In this document: piece after piece, positions 9,444 through 19,012 of the stretch
Layout: the number at the start of each line of letters is the position of its first letter
Position numbering within the stretch: position 1 is the first letter of the stretch
Assembly: GCA_964497925.1 (NCBI GenBank)
Contig: CAZCFE010000005.1
Location: forward strand, 21,071 to 85,070
Length of the DNA stretch: 64,000 bases
Direction of reading: 5' to 3'
Origin: an uncultured Alphaproteobacteria bacterium
GTDB taxonomy: Bacteria > Pseudomonadota > Alphaproteobacteria > CAIYWZ01
Translations under genes and position numbers: made by a program
Notes under the pieces: model-generated
Told to the model about the DNA's origin: nothing
Database searches by the model: none
Seen by the model: the letters and a program-made list of their open reading frames with translations, nothing else

Positions 9444-10732
9444 GAAAAATAACGGAGAAAAGTATGTTAGACATTAAATTCATCAGAGAAAACGGGAACG
9501 AGTTCGATCAAGGCCTTAGCAAAAGAGGAGCTTCTCCTTTATCCAGTGAGCTATTAGAACTTGATACTCGCTATCGATCCGTTTTAACCCAAGTTCAAAG
9601 TTTATTATCTTCCCGCAATCAACTGGCCAAAGACATTGGAAGCGCAAAGGCAAACGGCCAAGACACAGCCCCTTTTCTTGAGTTAAGCGCCAAAATTAAA
9701 GAGCAAATCCCTCTTTTAGAGGAAGAAGAAAGAACATTAAAAATACAACTAGATGCAAAACTTTCATGCATTCCAAATATACCAGCATTTGATGTTCCAC
9801 TTGGAAAAGACGAACACGATAATCAAGTTATTCGAACATTTGGCACGCCCCGTGTTTTTGATTTCACCCCTCTTTCTCACGAAGATCTAGGCGCAAAAAC
9901 AGGAATGATGGACTTTGAAACCGCAGCTAAAATGTCAGGTGCGCGTTTTGTGGTTTTACAAAAAGGATTGGCCAAACTTGAGCGGGCGCTTACACAATTC
10001 ATGCTTGATTCACACACAAAAAATTTTGGATACACAGAAGTTTCTCCTCCTCTTCTTGTAAAAGCTGACACTCTTTTTGGAACAGGTCTTCTCCCAAAAT
10101 TTGAAGAAGATTTGTTTAAAACGACCAGTGATTATTATCTTATCCCAACTGCAGAAGTTTCCCTGACAAGTCTTGTGCGTGAATCTATTCTGGATGAATC
10201 TGATCTACCATTACGCTTTACAGCAAATACCCCCTGTTTTCGTCAAGAAGCAGGGTCGGCAGGAAGAGACACACGCGGCATGATTCGTCAGCATCAATTT
10301 TATAAAGTTGAGATGGTTTCCATCACCAAGCCAGAAGAATCACAAAACGAGCATCATCGCATGATAAACGCAGCTGAGGAAATTCTCAAGAAATTAAATC
10401 TTCCCTACAGGCTCATGCTTTTATGTTCAGGAGACATGGGTTTTCAATCGAACAAAACATACGATCTTGAAGTTTGGCTACCTTCACAAAATACATATCG
10501 CGAAATTTCAAGCTGTTCTAATTGTGGGGATTTTCAAGCACGAAGAATGAACACACGATACAAATCTAGCACAGAAGGAACAAAAAACATATTTGTACAC
10601 ACGCTTAATGGATCAGGCCTTGCTGTTGGGCGAACACTTATTGCTGTGATGGAGAATTACCAACAAGAAAATGGTACAATTATAATACCGGAAATCTTAC
10701 GTCCATATATGAATGGAATGGAGTCTATATAA
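9440..10732 (+). CDS. serS: Seryl-tRNA synthetase.
   Basis: 430 aa with an N-terminal coiled-coil arm and a class II core. Its ATGA start overlaps the HIT gene. Confidence 0.92.
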   Translation: MRKITEKSMLDIKFIRENGNEFDQGLSKRGASPLSSELLELDTRYRSVLTQVQSLLSSRNQLAKDIGSAKANGQDTAPFLELSAKIKEQIPLLEEEERTLKIQLDAKLSCIPNIPAFDVPLGKDEHDNQVIRTFGTPRVFDFTPLSHEDLGAKTGMMDFETAAKMSGARFVVLQKGLAKLERALTQFMLDSHTKNFGYTEVSPPLLVKADTLFGTGLLPKFEEDLFKTTSDYYLIPTAEVSLTSLVRESILDESDLPLRFTANTPCFRQEAGSAGRDTRGMIRQHQFYKVEMVSITKPEESQNEHHRMINAAEEILKKLNLPYRLMLLCSGDMGFQSNKTYDLEVWLPSQNTYREISSCSNCGDFQARRMNTRYKSSTEGTKNIFVHTLNGSGLAVGRTLIAVMENYQQENGTIIIPEILRPYMNGMESI

Positions 10733-11547
10733 TGAAGTATTACATCTTATTTCTATCCTCTTTATTGATTTCATCTTGCACAGGAAGGATTGAGCCTCCC
10801 GCCCCTGTTGATGATAAACAAGAAGAAATGTTCGGCCCCAAGGAAATGAGCAAGAAACTAAAACAAGAACAAATGATCGCAGCTTTAATTGAAAAATATG
10901 GCCTTCATTCTGATAGCACACAACATTCCAATACAGGCTGGGATGTTGCGGATATAAGCACTGAAACTCAAGAAATTCAAGCCCCAATCATCCAAGAGGA
11001 TTCTCTTCCAAAACCCCTTAAAAAAGCACCTCCGCCTATTATGGAAACGCAGGTGAGCCCTCCGGCTGCCGAACAAGAAGAAAAAGAAACTACAGAACCT
11101 GTAAAAACAGATACTGGAATCCAAGCTCCAATAACAACTATAAACTCTTCATCAGAAATGATTTGGCCAGTAAAAGGAAATATCATCAAAACTTACGGAC
11201 CTGAAAAAGATGGAACATCAAGTGATGGAATCAGCATTCAAGCAAAAGAAGGAACACCTGTTCTTGCTGTTGCTGATGGAACGGTTGCATACTCGACGAA
11301 TAAACTGAGCGGTCTTGGCAACTTGATTTTTGTCACCCATCCTAATGGTTTTATAAGCGTTTATGCACATTTAAAAAAGATCCATGTTTCCAAAGGTGAC
11401 GCTGTGACACAAGGAACAAGTCTTGGAACTGTTGGAAAAACAGGCACTGTAAAAACAGCGCAGCTTTATTTCGAACTGCGAAAAAAAGAAAAAGGGAAAG
11501 TTGCAAGCTTTGATCCGATGAAAATATTAAAAGGGAAAAATTCATGA
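10732..11547 (+). CDS. M23-family peptidase lipoprotein (NlpD-like).
   Basis: 271 aa with a lipobox (LLISSC) and a proline-rich linker. The C-terminal M23/LytM domain reads VKGNIIKTYGP...GISIQAKEGTPVLAVADGTVAY...HLKKIHVSKGDAV. Confidence 0.75.
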   Translation: MKYYILFLSSLLISSCTGRIEPPAPVDDKQEEMFGPKEMSKKLKQEQMIAALIEKYGLHSDSTQHSNTGWDVADISTETQEIQAPIIQEDSLPKPLKKAPPPIMETQVSPPAAEQEEKETTEPVKTDTGIQAPITTINSSSEMIWPVKGNIIKTYGPEKDGTSSDGISIQAKEGTPVLAVADGTVAYSTNKLSGLGNLIFVTHPNGFISVYAHLKKIHVSKGDAVTQGTSLGTVGKTGTVKTAQLYFELRKKEKGKVASFDPMKILKGKNS

Positions 11548-11963
11548 ACTTTCTTTTCAAAAATAAATCAGTCAAGCCAAATTCTGTAAACTTTGATGAG
11601 AACACCCCATTGCCAGGGTTTTTGAAAACAGAGCCCAGCTTTAATATGGATTACCCACTTCCAGAACAAGAACCCGTTACGAAAGAAACCTCACAATTTT
11701 CAAAACCACTGAACACGCCTTCTCCTACATTTCCACCTTCTTATACAACAGAAAGAAAAGGTCCTCTAACAATTCATCTTTCTCACTCAGGAATGTTGGG
11801 AATTTTGTTTGCACTTTTATTATTGGGAGTGCTGTTCTTTATGGCCGGATTTTTATCTGGCATGATGACAACAGAATATGCGGCCACCCGATCAAGCGTT
11901 TCTTCCCCGCTCAAAAAACCTTCTGAAGCCATTATCGATTCTCAAGGAGACGACAATGTTTAA
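11544..11963 (+). CDS. Hypothetical bitopic membrane protein.
   Basis: 139 aa with a proline-rich N-terminal half and a single long hydrophobic segment (MLGILFALLLLGVLFFMAGFLSGMM). It has ATGA overlaps with both neighbouring genes. Confidence 0.5.
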   Translation: MNFLFKNKSVKPNSVNFDENTPLPGFLKTEPSFNMDYPLPEQEPVTKETSQFSKPLNTPSPTFPPSYTTERKGPLTIHLSHSGMLGILFALLLLGVLFFMAGFLSGMMTTEYAATRSSVSSPLKKPSEAIIDSQGDDNV

Positions 11964-12405
11964 ATTTCTAATCTTGGCCTTTGCTTTATGCTCATGCTCA
12001 AAACCAACCTCTTTTTTGGGCAACGTGGGCGTTTTTCTTGAAAGCATCACAATTGTCTCAGAGCCTAAAATGAATCAAGACTCAGCAACGCCTGTTGATG
12101 TTGTGATCATTTATGATCCAAATCTTTTAGAACAAATCTTAAAACTCAGTGCGAATGATTACTTCATTAAAAAACAACAGCTTTTAAAAGACAACGCCGG
12201 ATTAATGGAGGCGATTTCTTTTGAAGTTGTCCCTGGCCAAGTCATTCCAGACACAACAGTAACATTATCTCATCCAAACGGTGAAGGCGCAATTATATTT
12301 GCAAATTACAGCACCCCAGGCGATCATCGTTTTAAACTAGGACGTCAACAAACCATCCTTATTCGGATGAAACCTGAAAGCGTATCGATTGAGCCAGAAA
12401 GTTAA
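11956..12405 (+). CDS. Hypothetical lipoprotein.
   Basis: The ATG at 11956 follows AAGGAGA and starts MFKFLILAFALCSCS (signal peptide plus lipobox cysteine). The listed ORF 11878..12405 starts earlier and lacks an RBS. Confidence 0.5.
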   Translation: MFKFLILAFALCSCSKPTSFLGNVGVFLESITIVSEPKMNQDSATPVDVVIIYDPNLLEQILKLSANDYFIKKQQLLKDNAGLMEAISFEVVPGQVIPDTTVTLSHPNGEGAIIFANYSTPGDHRFKLGRQQTILIRMKPESVSIEPES

Positions 12406-12408
12406 AAC

Positions 12409-13245
12409 CTACTTTTTAACTGCCATCACAATCAGAATAATTGCTCCAGTCAAAAACTTTAAATCTGAGGGAGCAAGTCCCAAAGTTAAAGCAATACCTT
12501 GGATTTGTTGATAAATAAATGCGCCTACGATAGGGGCTAAAATTTGAGATTTAACGCTTGAAACTTTTATGATTTTTTCACCAATCATTAACGCAGCAAG
12601 ACCGTGAACAACAATCCCAATCCCCATGCCAATATCAGCATAACCCTGGGTTTGAACCATAAGCGCACCAGCTAAACCGCATACAAAATTTCCAAAAAAC
12701 AGGCCTAAAATTGTATAAAAATCTAAATTCACGCCTTGCCTTTGAGCAAAATGCGGGTTCAAGCCAACAGCTCTAAATTGAAGGCCTTTTTGCGTTTTAA
12801 AAAATAAAAACATAAATAAAAATATAATAAAAATTAAAAACATAAGTATAAAAATCTTCACAGAAATATCATCTTCAAACGAGCTAAACAAATGAGATGT
12901 TCCAAATAAACTTATGTTGGGCTTGCCCATCAATCTTAGATTCACGCTATAAATCATCGTACTTAAGACAATCCCACATAAAAGCGTATTAACTTTGAAT
13001 CTTATATGGATCCAGGCAGTGCCAATCCCCATAACACCTGACATAAAAGCACCCAATAAACACGCAATCACAGAAGGCACTCCTGATACAATAAGGGCAG
13101 CGGAGGCAATTCCTCCCAATGGATATGATCCTTCTGATGTCAGGTCTGGAAAATTTAAAAACCTAAAAGGAATCAGCACTCCAAGACCCAATATGGCTAA
13201 AATAGCTCCTTGGATAAGTCCTGCTTGAAAAAGTTCAAACGTCAC
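12409..13245 (-). CDS. ABC transporter permease (COG4120-type).
   Basis: 278 aa, polytopic. It sits in an operon with a COG1101-like ATPase and a COG2984-like binding protein. Confidence 0.7.
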   Translation of the reverse strand: MTFELFQAGLIQGAILAILGLGVLIPFRFLNFPDLTSEGSYPLGGIASAALIVSGVPSVIACLLGAFMSGVMGIGTAWIHIRFKVNTLLCGIVLSTMIYSVNLRLMGKPNISLFGTSHLFSSFEDDISVKIFILMFLIFIIFLFMFLFFKTQKGLQFRAVGLNPHFAQRQGVNLDFYTILGLFFGNFVCGLAGALMVQTQGYADIGMGIGIVVHGLAALMIGEKIIKVSSVKSQILAPIVGAFIYQQIQGIALTLGLAPSDLKFLTGAIILIVMAVKK

Positions 13246-14006
13246 ACTCTTTCTCCTTCCAATAAGATATCGTCTTCATATTCATGAAATTTTTGCAAAA
13301 GAGACTCTTGATCAAGAAAAGATTTATCGCTCACATCCATAACAATTTTCCCTCGATGAATCATAATCAAGCGATCTCCATAACGAAGAGCGTCGCTTAA
13401 ATTATGTGTCACCATAAGAGATGTTAACCCATTTTCTTTGATCTTACTCGCTGTGTACTTCATTAATTTTTGTTGAATTTTAGGGTCAAGAGCACTTGTG
13501 TGCTCGTCAAGCAGTAAAATATCTGGATTTGAAAGAATCGCCATAAGCGTTGCAATTGCTTGTCTTTGCCCACCAGAAAGAGTCCCTAAGGGGCTGTGAA
13601 GATAGGTCTCCAACCCCAAATTCAGTTCTTGAATTGCTTTTATAATTGGCTTTGTATCATGCGAATAAAAAGCAAAAGTACTTTTTTTTGAGCGCATTAA
13701 ACTTAACATTATATTTTCAAGTAATGTCATGTGTTCAATTGTGCCTTTACTAATATCTTGCGTAACGCTACTAATCCACATCGAACGTTTATGAATAGGC
13801 ATATCTGTTACATCTTTCTCACTAATAAAGATGCTTCCCATGTCTACCTGGTGCTCTCCTGAAATCGTTTTAAGAAGAGTTGATTTCCCGGATCCATTGC
13901 TTCCAATAATGACACAAAACTGACCTTTTTGAATATGCAGATTTATTCCACACAATGTTGGGGAAACATCAGAAAAAGACTTAGAAAGATCTTTGATTAA
14001 CAACAT
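13242..14006 (-). CDS. ABC transporter ATP-binding protein.
   Basis: Walker A GSNGSGKST, signature LSGGQRQ and Walker B ILLLDEHTS. Confidence 0.85.
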   Translation of the reverse strand: MLLIKDLSKSFSDVSPTLCGINLHIQKGQFCVIIGSNGSGKSTLLKTISGEHQVDMGSIFISEKDVTDMPIHKRSMWISSVTQDISKGTIEHMTLLENIMLSLMRSKKSTFAFYSHDTKPIIKAIQELNLGLETYLHSPLGTLSGGQRQAIATLMAILSNPDILLLDEHTSALDPKIQQKLMKYTASKIKENGLTSLMVTHNLSDALRYGDRLIMIHRGKIVMDVSDKSFLDQESLLQKFHEYEDDILLEGERV

Positions 14007-14012
14007 CAGCTA

Positions 14013-14942
14013 CTACTCCACAATTGTTAAATCAGATGTACTTTGAAGATCTTTTATTCCAAATTTTTTCATTTGAGTTTTACTTAAAAACCCATGATGA
14101 TCTTTTTGTGCAGGATCTTCGCGAAGAATATTTTTCTCTCCTTTAATCACCCTATCAACTAAATGAGCTGTTCTTATTCCAATTTTTTTATAATCAACCC
14201 CAAAACTTCCTAAAACTTGATGCTTTTTAACCGCATCACTATCTGCATTAAATATGGGGATATTCATTTTATTGGCTCCTGCGATAATCACAGGCAATGC
14301 AGGCTGAATAGAGGCTCCAACCCCTACATACAAAAAATCAACTTTTCCCGAAAAAGCTTGCATTCGGATTGGAATATCGCGAGTTTGATCGATCGAAACA
14401 GGGAAAACTTTGATATAATTTTTCATGCCGGCATCCGTCATCATTTTTAAAAGAGCTGCATCATTCGCATCACCTGCTGCATATAAGATTCCAACTGTTT
14501 TTAAAGAAGGAAGAATTTTTTTTGCAAAATCAAGAAATGCATTTAAATCTGGTTTATCAGAAACTCCAGCACCTTTAATCCCAGCTGAAACAGGATCAGT
14601 TATGCATGAAAAAACAATTGGTATATTCTTGATCGTATTTTGCGCCATTTGCGCAACTGGCGTTGTCAATGTCACAATCGCCATAGGCGAACTTGCTTTA
14701 AGCTTTGTTAACATTTGACCAATTAATGACGCATCAAAATTTGTGTCAAGGGTCTCAAAACTAACTTTTTCACGATATCCAATATTCTCCATTTCATTTT
14801 TAAATCCATCAATGGCATTCTGCAAAGATGAATGCGGACCAAAATTAGCAATCCCAATCACAGATCCGGAAGGGGTTTGTTTGAAAAAGATGAGATACAA
14901 GGCACAAAAGATTGAAATCACAATAAGATTTTTTTTGAACAT
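14013..14942 (-). CDS. ABC transporter periplasmic substrate-binding protein (COG2984-like).
   Basis: 309 aa with an N-terminal signal or anchor. It is first in the 3-gene operon on the - strand. Confidence 0.65.
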   Translation of the reverse strand: MFKKNLIVISIFCALYLIFFKQTPSGSVIGIANFGPHSSLQNAIDGFKNEMENIGYREKVSFETLDTNFDASLIGQMLTKLKASSPMAIVTLTTPVAQMAQNTIKNIPIVFSCITDPVSAGIKGAGVSDKPDLNAFLDFAKKILPSLKTVGILYAAGDANDAALLKMMTDAGMKNYIKVFPVSIDQTRDIPIRMQAFSGKVDFLYVGVGASIQPALPVIIAGANKMNIPIFNADSDAVKKHQVLGSFGVDYKKIGIRTAHLVDRVIKGEKNILREDPAQKDHHGFLSKTQMKKFGIKDLQSTSDLTIVE

Positions 14943-15020
14943 TTTTATATTCCTTTTTACAAAATTTAAATTACAGCAGTTAAAAATCAGTTAAATTAAC
15001 GACGCCAACGCCAACAACTT

Positions 15021-15029
15021 TTTGCTATA
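15021..15029 (+). promoter_or_regulatory. Candidate extended -10 promoter element (TGcTATAAT).
   Basis: TGCTATAAT lies in the 282-bp AT-rich divergent spacer, preceded by the tandem CGCCAACGCCAA. It is about 195 nt upstream of the 15225 CDS. Confidence 0.2.
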
Positions 15030-15224
15030 ATCAATTTTTGAAAAGAAATCATAAAAACCTTCCGCAACAAAATAATAGACTTTTATTCAATCATATTTTT
15101 AATAATAAGTCAAATTATAAATAAAAAAATCAATTCAGTTAGATATGAAAAATTAACCTTTTATTAACAAAGTCAGACCTAAGATGAAACCATTATTACT
15201 TATTAAATCACAAGGAGACTATAC

Positions 15225-15683
15225 ATGAAAACACCTTTTATCTGGGGAATTAGCGTGGGCGTTTTTATCATTGGAGCCATTGGCTTAAAACATGTTATGG
15301 CTCCTACCCCTATAGAAGAAGTTCTAACCCCTCTCCCCATAATTCAGCCTGAACCCCAACTCACAAAAGATATCCAGCCACTTACACCAAAAGAAGAGGC
15401 TCCTGTAATTCCACAAGCTACAGCAACTAAAAAAGAACTAGATCCACAAAAGCAAAAAAATATTCGCAAAGAGGTCTATAAACTTGAGAGAAAATTATCA
15501 AGAATGGAGAAAAAAAAGCTTGAAAAAATAAAGAAAACAGAGCTTTATTTAAACCAAGCAAACACAAAAGCAAAGCGCTATCAAGAAAAGCTCACGATAC
15601 TCAATCAAGAGCTCACATCAGAAAAAAGAAAATTAGAAAGCGAAATATTAGAAAAAAAATCCCAACTACCAGAGAAAGAGTAA
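15225..15683 (+). CDS. Hypothetical membrane-anchored coiled-coil protein.
   Basis: 152 aa with an N-terminal TM helix (FIWGISVGVFIIGAIGL), a proline-rich linker and a Lys/Glu-rich heptad region. The start is preceded by AAGGAGA. Confidence 0.5.
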   Translation: MKTPFIWGISVGVFIIGAIGLKHVMAPTPIEEVLTPLPIIQPEPQLTKDIQPLTPKEEAPVIPQATATKKELDPQKQKNIRKEVYKLERKLSRMEKKKLEKIKKTELYLNQANTKAKRYQEKLTILNQELTSEKRKLESEILEKKSQLPEKE

Positions 15684-15712
15684 TCTTGACTTAAATCTGA
15701 AAAAAAAGGGGT

Positions 15713-15741
15713 TTGTTGTTTTGAATTCAAAATGCTATACT
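15713..15741 (+). promoter_or_regulatory. Candidate promoter for the DUF2948-hemH-hemJ unit.
   Basis: TTGTTG (15713-15718), a 17-nt spacer, then TGcTATACT (-10 hexamer at 15736-15741). Confidence 0.35.
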
Positions 15742-15774
15742 AAACCATGTTGATTAATGAGCGCGGAGATAAAT

Positions 15775-16236
15775 ATGGATAAAACGCACCTTGATGAGGT
15801 TCATGAAGAGCTTCCCAATTATGACCCCCTTAAACTTAAAGCTGTTGATGAAGAGGACCTGGACATCCTATCTTGCGCTTTACAAGATGCCATTGTCCCA
15901 GTAAACGCGATTTCTTATTCTAAGGATGATGGCGAATTCAAAATTTTAGCTAATCGTTACTGCTGGGAAGTAGAAGACCCTCAAAACCTTGGGCACAGAG
16001 TTCATGCTGGGATTTCTTTTTCAAATGTAAAGTCTGTCCGCCAAAAAGGAATTGATTTAAATAATCCCGATGAAATGCTAACGCTTCTAACAATGAGCTA
16101 TGATGACGATATAGTCCATCTTGTTTTTGCTGGAGGAAAGTTAATTGATATTAAAGTTAATGATTTAGAGTGTAAAGTCGCAGATCTTGATGCTCCTTAT
16201 CAAACACACGCAATTCCAGACCACGAAAATCTATGA
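15775..16236 (+). CDS. Conserved alphaproteobacterial hypothetical protein (DUF2948-like).
   Basis: The ATG at 15775 has GGAG 9 nt upstream; the listed start at 15757 has none. The motif EEDLDILSCALQDAIVPV resembles the DUF2948 family. This identification is from memory only. Confidence 0.5.
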   Translation: MDKTHLDEVHEELPNYDPLKLKAVDEEDLDILSCALQDAIVPVNAISYSKDDGEFKILANRYCWEVEDPQNLGHRVHAGISFSNVKSVRQKGIDLNNPDEMLTLLTMSYDDDIVHLVFAGGKLIDIKVNDLECKVADLDAPYQTHAIPDHENL

Positions 16237-17249
16237 AGATCGCAGTTGTTCTTTTTAATTTAGGTGGCCCCTCTTCTTTGGGCGGCGTAAAACCATTTCT
16301 ATTCAACCTTTTTTACGATCCGGCGATCATAAGACTTCCAAACCCTTTACGGTGGCTTTTAGCAAAAATTCTTTCTAAAAAGAGAGAAAAAACAGCAACA
16401 GAAATATACAGAGAAATTGGAGGCAAGTCTCCAATACTAGATAACACTATTTTACAGCAACAAGCCTTAGAAAAAAGCCTTAAAGAAAAAGGGGTTGATG
16501 CAAAAGTTGTGATCGCGATGAGATATACACCCCCAAGAGTAGAGGATGCCATTGAAGAATTAAAAAAATACAATCCTGATCAAATTGTACTATTGCCGCT
16601 TTACCCTCAATATTCAACAACAACGACAGCATCATCATTTAAAGAATGGGATAAATTTTTTCTAAACTCAAAACTGACGGCGAGTGTCCACAAAATATGC
16701 TGCTATCCAGATGCGCCTGGCTTTTTAGATGCACAGGCTGATTTAATGAAAATGGACAGAATTTCAAACTTTCGAGTCCTTTTTTCAGCGCATGGACTCC
16801 CCATGAGCATTGTTAAATCTGGAGATCCTTACACAAATCAAGTTGAAATAACAGCAGCTAAAATTGCCAGTTGCTTTGAAGATTTAGATTACAAAGTTTG
16901 TTATCAGAGCAGGGTTGGTCCAGTCGAATGGGTGGGCCCTTCCACAGAAGAAGAGATTGTCAAATGCGGAAAAGAAGGGAAAAATGTAATTCTTGTCCCC
17001 TTAAGCTTTGTCAGCGAACATTCAGAGACACTTTTTGAATTGGATATTGAGTATAAAGATCTAGCAAAAGAAAGCGGAGTTCCCGAGTATATAAGAATTC
17101 CAACAGTTTCAACTCATAAAAATTTTGTAGATTTTTTAGTTGACACGACTTTGAGAATAGTGGATAATGATTTGGTTGCTTGCTCATACATGGGTCAGAG
17201 AATATGTCCTGATTCATGCAAGAGCTGTCCGTGTTCATATAAATCTTGA
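16233..17249 (+). CDS. hemH: Ferrochelatase.
   Basis: 338 aa with the typical N-terminus MKIAVVLFNLGGP and a ferrochelatase core. The C-terminus carries a 5-Cys tail (CSYMGQRICPDSCKSCPC). Confidence 0.9.
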   Translation: MKIAVVLFNLGGPSSLGGVKPFLFNLFYDPAIIRLPNPLRWLLAKILSKKREKTATEIYREIGGKSPILDNTILQQQALEKSLKEKGVDAKVVIAMRYTPPRVEDAIEELKKYNPDQIVLLPLYPQYSTTTTASSFKEWDKFFLNSKLTASVHKICCYPDAPGFLDAQADLMKMDRISNFRVLFSAHGLPMSIVKSGDPYTNQVEITAAKIASCFEDLDYKVCYQSRVGPVEWVGPSTEEEIVKCGKEGKNVILVPLSFVSEHSETLFELDIEYKDLAKESGVPEYIRIPTVSTHKNFVDFLVDTTLRIVDNDLVACSYMGQRICPDSCKSCPCSYKS

Positions 17250-17261
17250 GAGAATTTTGTA

Positions 17262-17720
17262 GTGAATATTGTGGGAAACTGGCTGGTTTCGAATTACCTC
17301 ATATTTAAAGCATTGCACATTATTAGTGTTATCGCCCTTATGGCGGGATTGCTTTATTTACCTCGCCTTTTTGTTTACCACACCAAAGCAAAGCCTGGAG
17401 GTGAGCTTTGCGAGACACTTAAAGTAATGGAAAAAAGATTATTAAAAATAATTATAAACCCCGCGTTGGTATCAACAGTTATTTTTGGTGGAATTTTATT
17501 GTTTTCTCCAGGAATGATCGATTTTAAATCAGGGTGGTTACATGCAAAACTTTTATTGGTTTTGGGGCTAGCAGGAATTCACATGATGATGGTGCGCTGG
17601 CAGAGGGATTTTGAATTGAATAAAAATTTAAAATCTGAAAAATTTTTTCGCATAGCCAATGAAGTCCCAACGCTTTTGATGATTTTTATTGTTTTTCTAG
17701 TCATTTTAAAGCCATTTTAA
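17262..17720 (+). CDS. hemJ: Protoporphyrinogen IX oxidase HemJ (CopD-like small membrane protein).
   Basis: 152 aa with 4 TM helices and the HemJ signature FKALHIISVIALMAGLLYLPRLFVYH. It is adjacent to hemH. Confidence 0.65.
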   Translation: MNIVGNWLVSNYLIFKALHIISVIALMAGLLYLPRLFVYHTKAKPGGELCETLKVMEKRLLKIIINPALVSTVIFGGILLFSPGMIDFKSGWLHAKLLLVLGLAGIHMMMVRWQRDFELNKNLKSEKFFRIANEVPTLLMIFIVFLVILKPF

Positions 17721-17742
17721 CATTAATTAAACAGGTAGGAAT

Positions 17743-18999
17743 ATGAACCTTCAAGAACTTAAACTAAGAGCAGCTACTGAGCTTCTGGCCTTTGCTGAAG
17801 AATTGCAAATAGAGAATGCAAGTACTCTACGTAAACAGGATATCATTTTTGCTATTCTAAAAAAAGTAGCTGATGATGGGCAGCCTATTTTTGGAGATGG
17901 CGTTTTAGAAATACTTCAAGATGGCTTTGGATTTTTAAGATCCCCACTTGAAAACTACTTACCAGGTCCTGATGATATTTACGTCTCCCCTTCTCAAGTC
18001 AGAAAATTTGGACTTCGCACAGGAGATACAGTTGCAGGAGAAATTAGATCCCCCAAAGACGGTGAGCGTTATTTTGCCTTATTAAAAGTAAACTCCATCA
18101 ACTTTAGTGAACCGGAAAAAGTTAAACAACGTATTAATTTCGACAACTTAACCCCCCTCTATCCTGAGAAAAAATTAATTCTTGAATTAGATGACCCCAC
18201 CAAAAAAGATATCACAACTCGGGTAATTGAGCTTATTAGTCCACTTGGAAAAGGCCAGCGCGCCCTTATCGTTGCACCCCCTCGAACAGGAAAAACTGTC
18301 ATGCTACAAAATATTGCACACGCAATTACTGTAAATAATCCCGAGGTATTTCTGATTGTTTTGTTAATTGATGAGCGTCCCGAAGAGGTCACAGATATGA
18401 CAAGATCTGTTAAAGGTGAAGTCGTAAGCTCGACTTTTGATGAGCCTGCTGCAAGACATGTACAAGTTGCCGAAATGGTTATTGAAAAAGCAAAAAGATT
18501 GGTTGAATATAAAAAAGATGTTGTCATTCTTTTAGACTCCATTACAAGGCTAGCAAGGGCATACAACACAGTTGTCCCTTCATCTGGAAAAATTCTGACC
18601 GGAGGCGTTGACGCAAACGCCCTTCAAAGACCAAAACGTTTCTTTGGGGCTGCGCGCAATATCGAAGAAGGCGGATCCTTAACTATTATCGCAACTGCAT
18701 TGGTCGAAACAGGTTCTCGCATGGATGAGGTGATCTTCGAAGAATTTAAAGGCACTGGAAATAGTGAAATTGTTCTTGATCGCAAGCTTTCAGATAAACG
18801 CACCTTTCCTGCAATCGATATCACAAAATCAGGAACGCGCAAGGAAGAACTCCTGGTCGACAAAAGCACGCTTTCAAAGATGTGGATTTTGCGACGTGTT
18901 TTGGGGCCAATGGGAACAAGCGAAGGTATGGAATTTTTAGTGGATAAGCTTAAAACATCAAAAACAAATGATGATTTCTTCAACTCTATGAAAAACTAA
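17743..18999 (+). CDS. rho: Transcription termination factor Rho.
   Basis: 418 aa with an N-terminal RNA-binding domain and an ATPase with Walker A PPRTGKTV. Confidence 0.93.
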   Translation: MNLQELKLRAATELLAFAEELQIENASTLRKQDIIFAILKKVADDGQPIFGDGVLEILQDGFGFLRSPLENYLPGPDDIYVSPSQVRKFGLRTGDTVAGEIRSPKDGERYFALLKVNSINFSEPEKVKQRINFDNLTPLYPEKKLILELDDPTKKDITTRVIELISPLGKGQRALIVAPPRTGKTVMLQNIAHAITVNNPEVFLIVLLIDERPEEVTDMTRSVKGEVVSSTFDEPAARHVQVAEMVIEKAKRLVEYKKDVVILLDSITRLARAYNTVVPSSGKILTGGVDANALQRPKRFFGAARNIEEGGSLTIIATALVETGSRMDEVIFEEFKGTGNSEIVLDRKLSDKRTFPAIDITKSGTRKEELLVDKSTLSKMWILRRVLGPMGTSEGMEFLVDKLKTSKTNDDFFNSMKN

Positions 19000-19012
19000 A
19001 GGAGCAACAAAA

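Noticed and set aside
11956-12405. A possible T6SS TssJ-like or LptE-like identity for the small lipoprotein.
   Set aside because: This rests only on a vague resemblance in size and lipoprotein nature. There are no T6SS or Lpt partner genes nearby and I recall no diagnostic motif, so it is left as hypothetical.
15001-15012. The tandem CGCCAACGCCAA, considered as a possible repeat array or CRISPR fragment.
   Set aside because: There are only two 6-bp units, with no spacers and no cas genes. It is more likely a promoter-proximal sequence.
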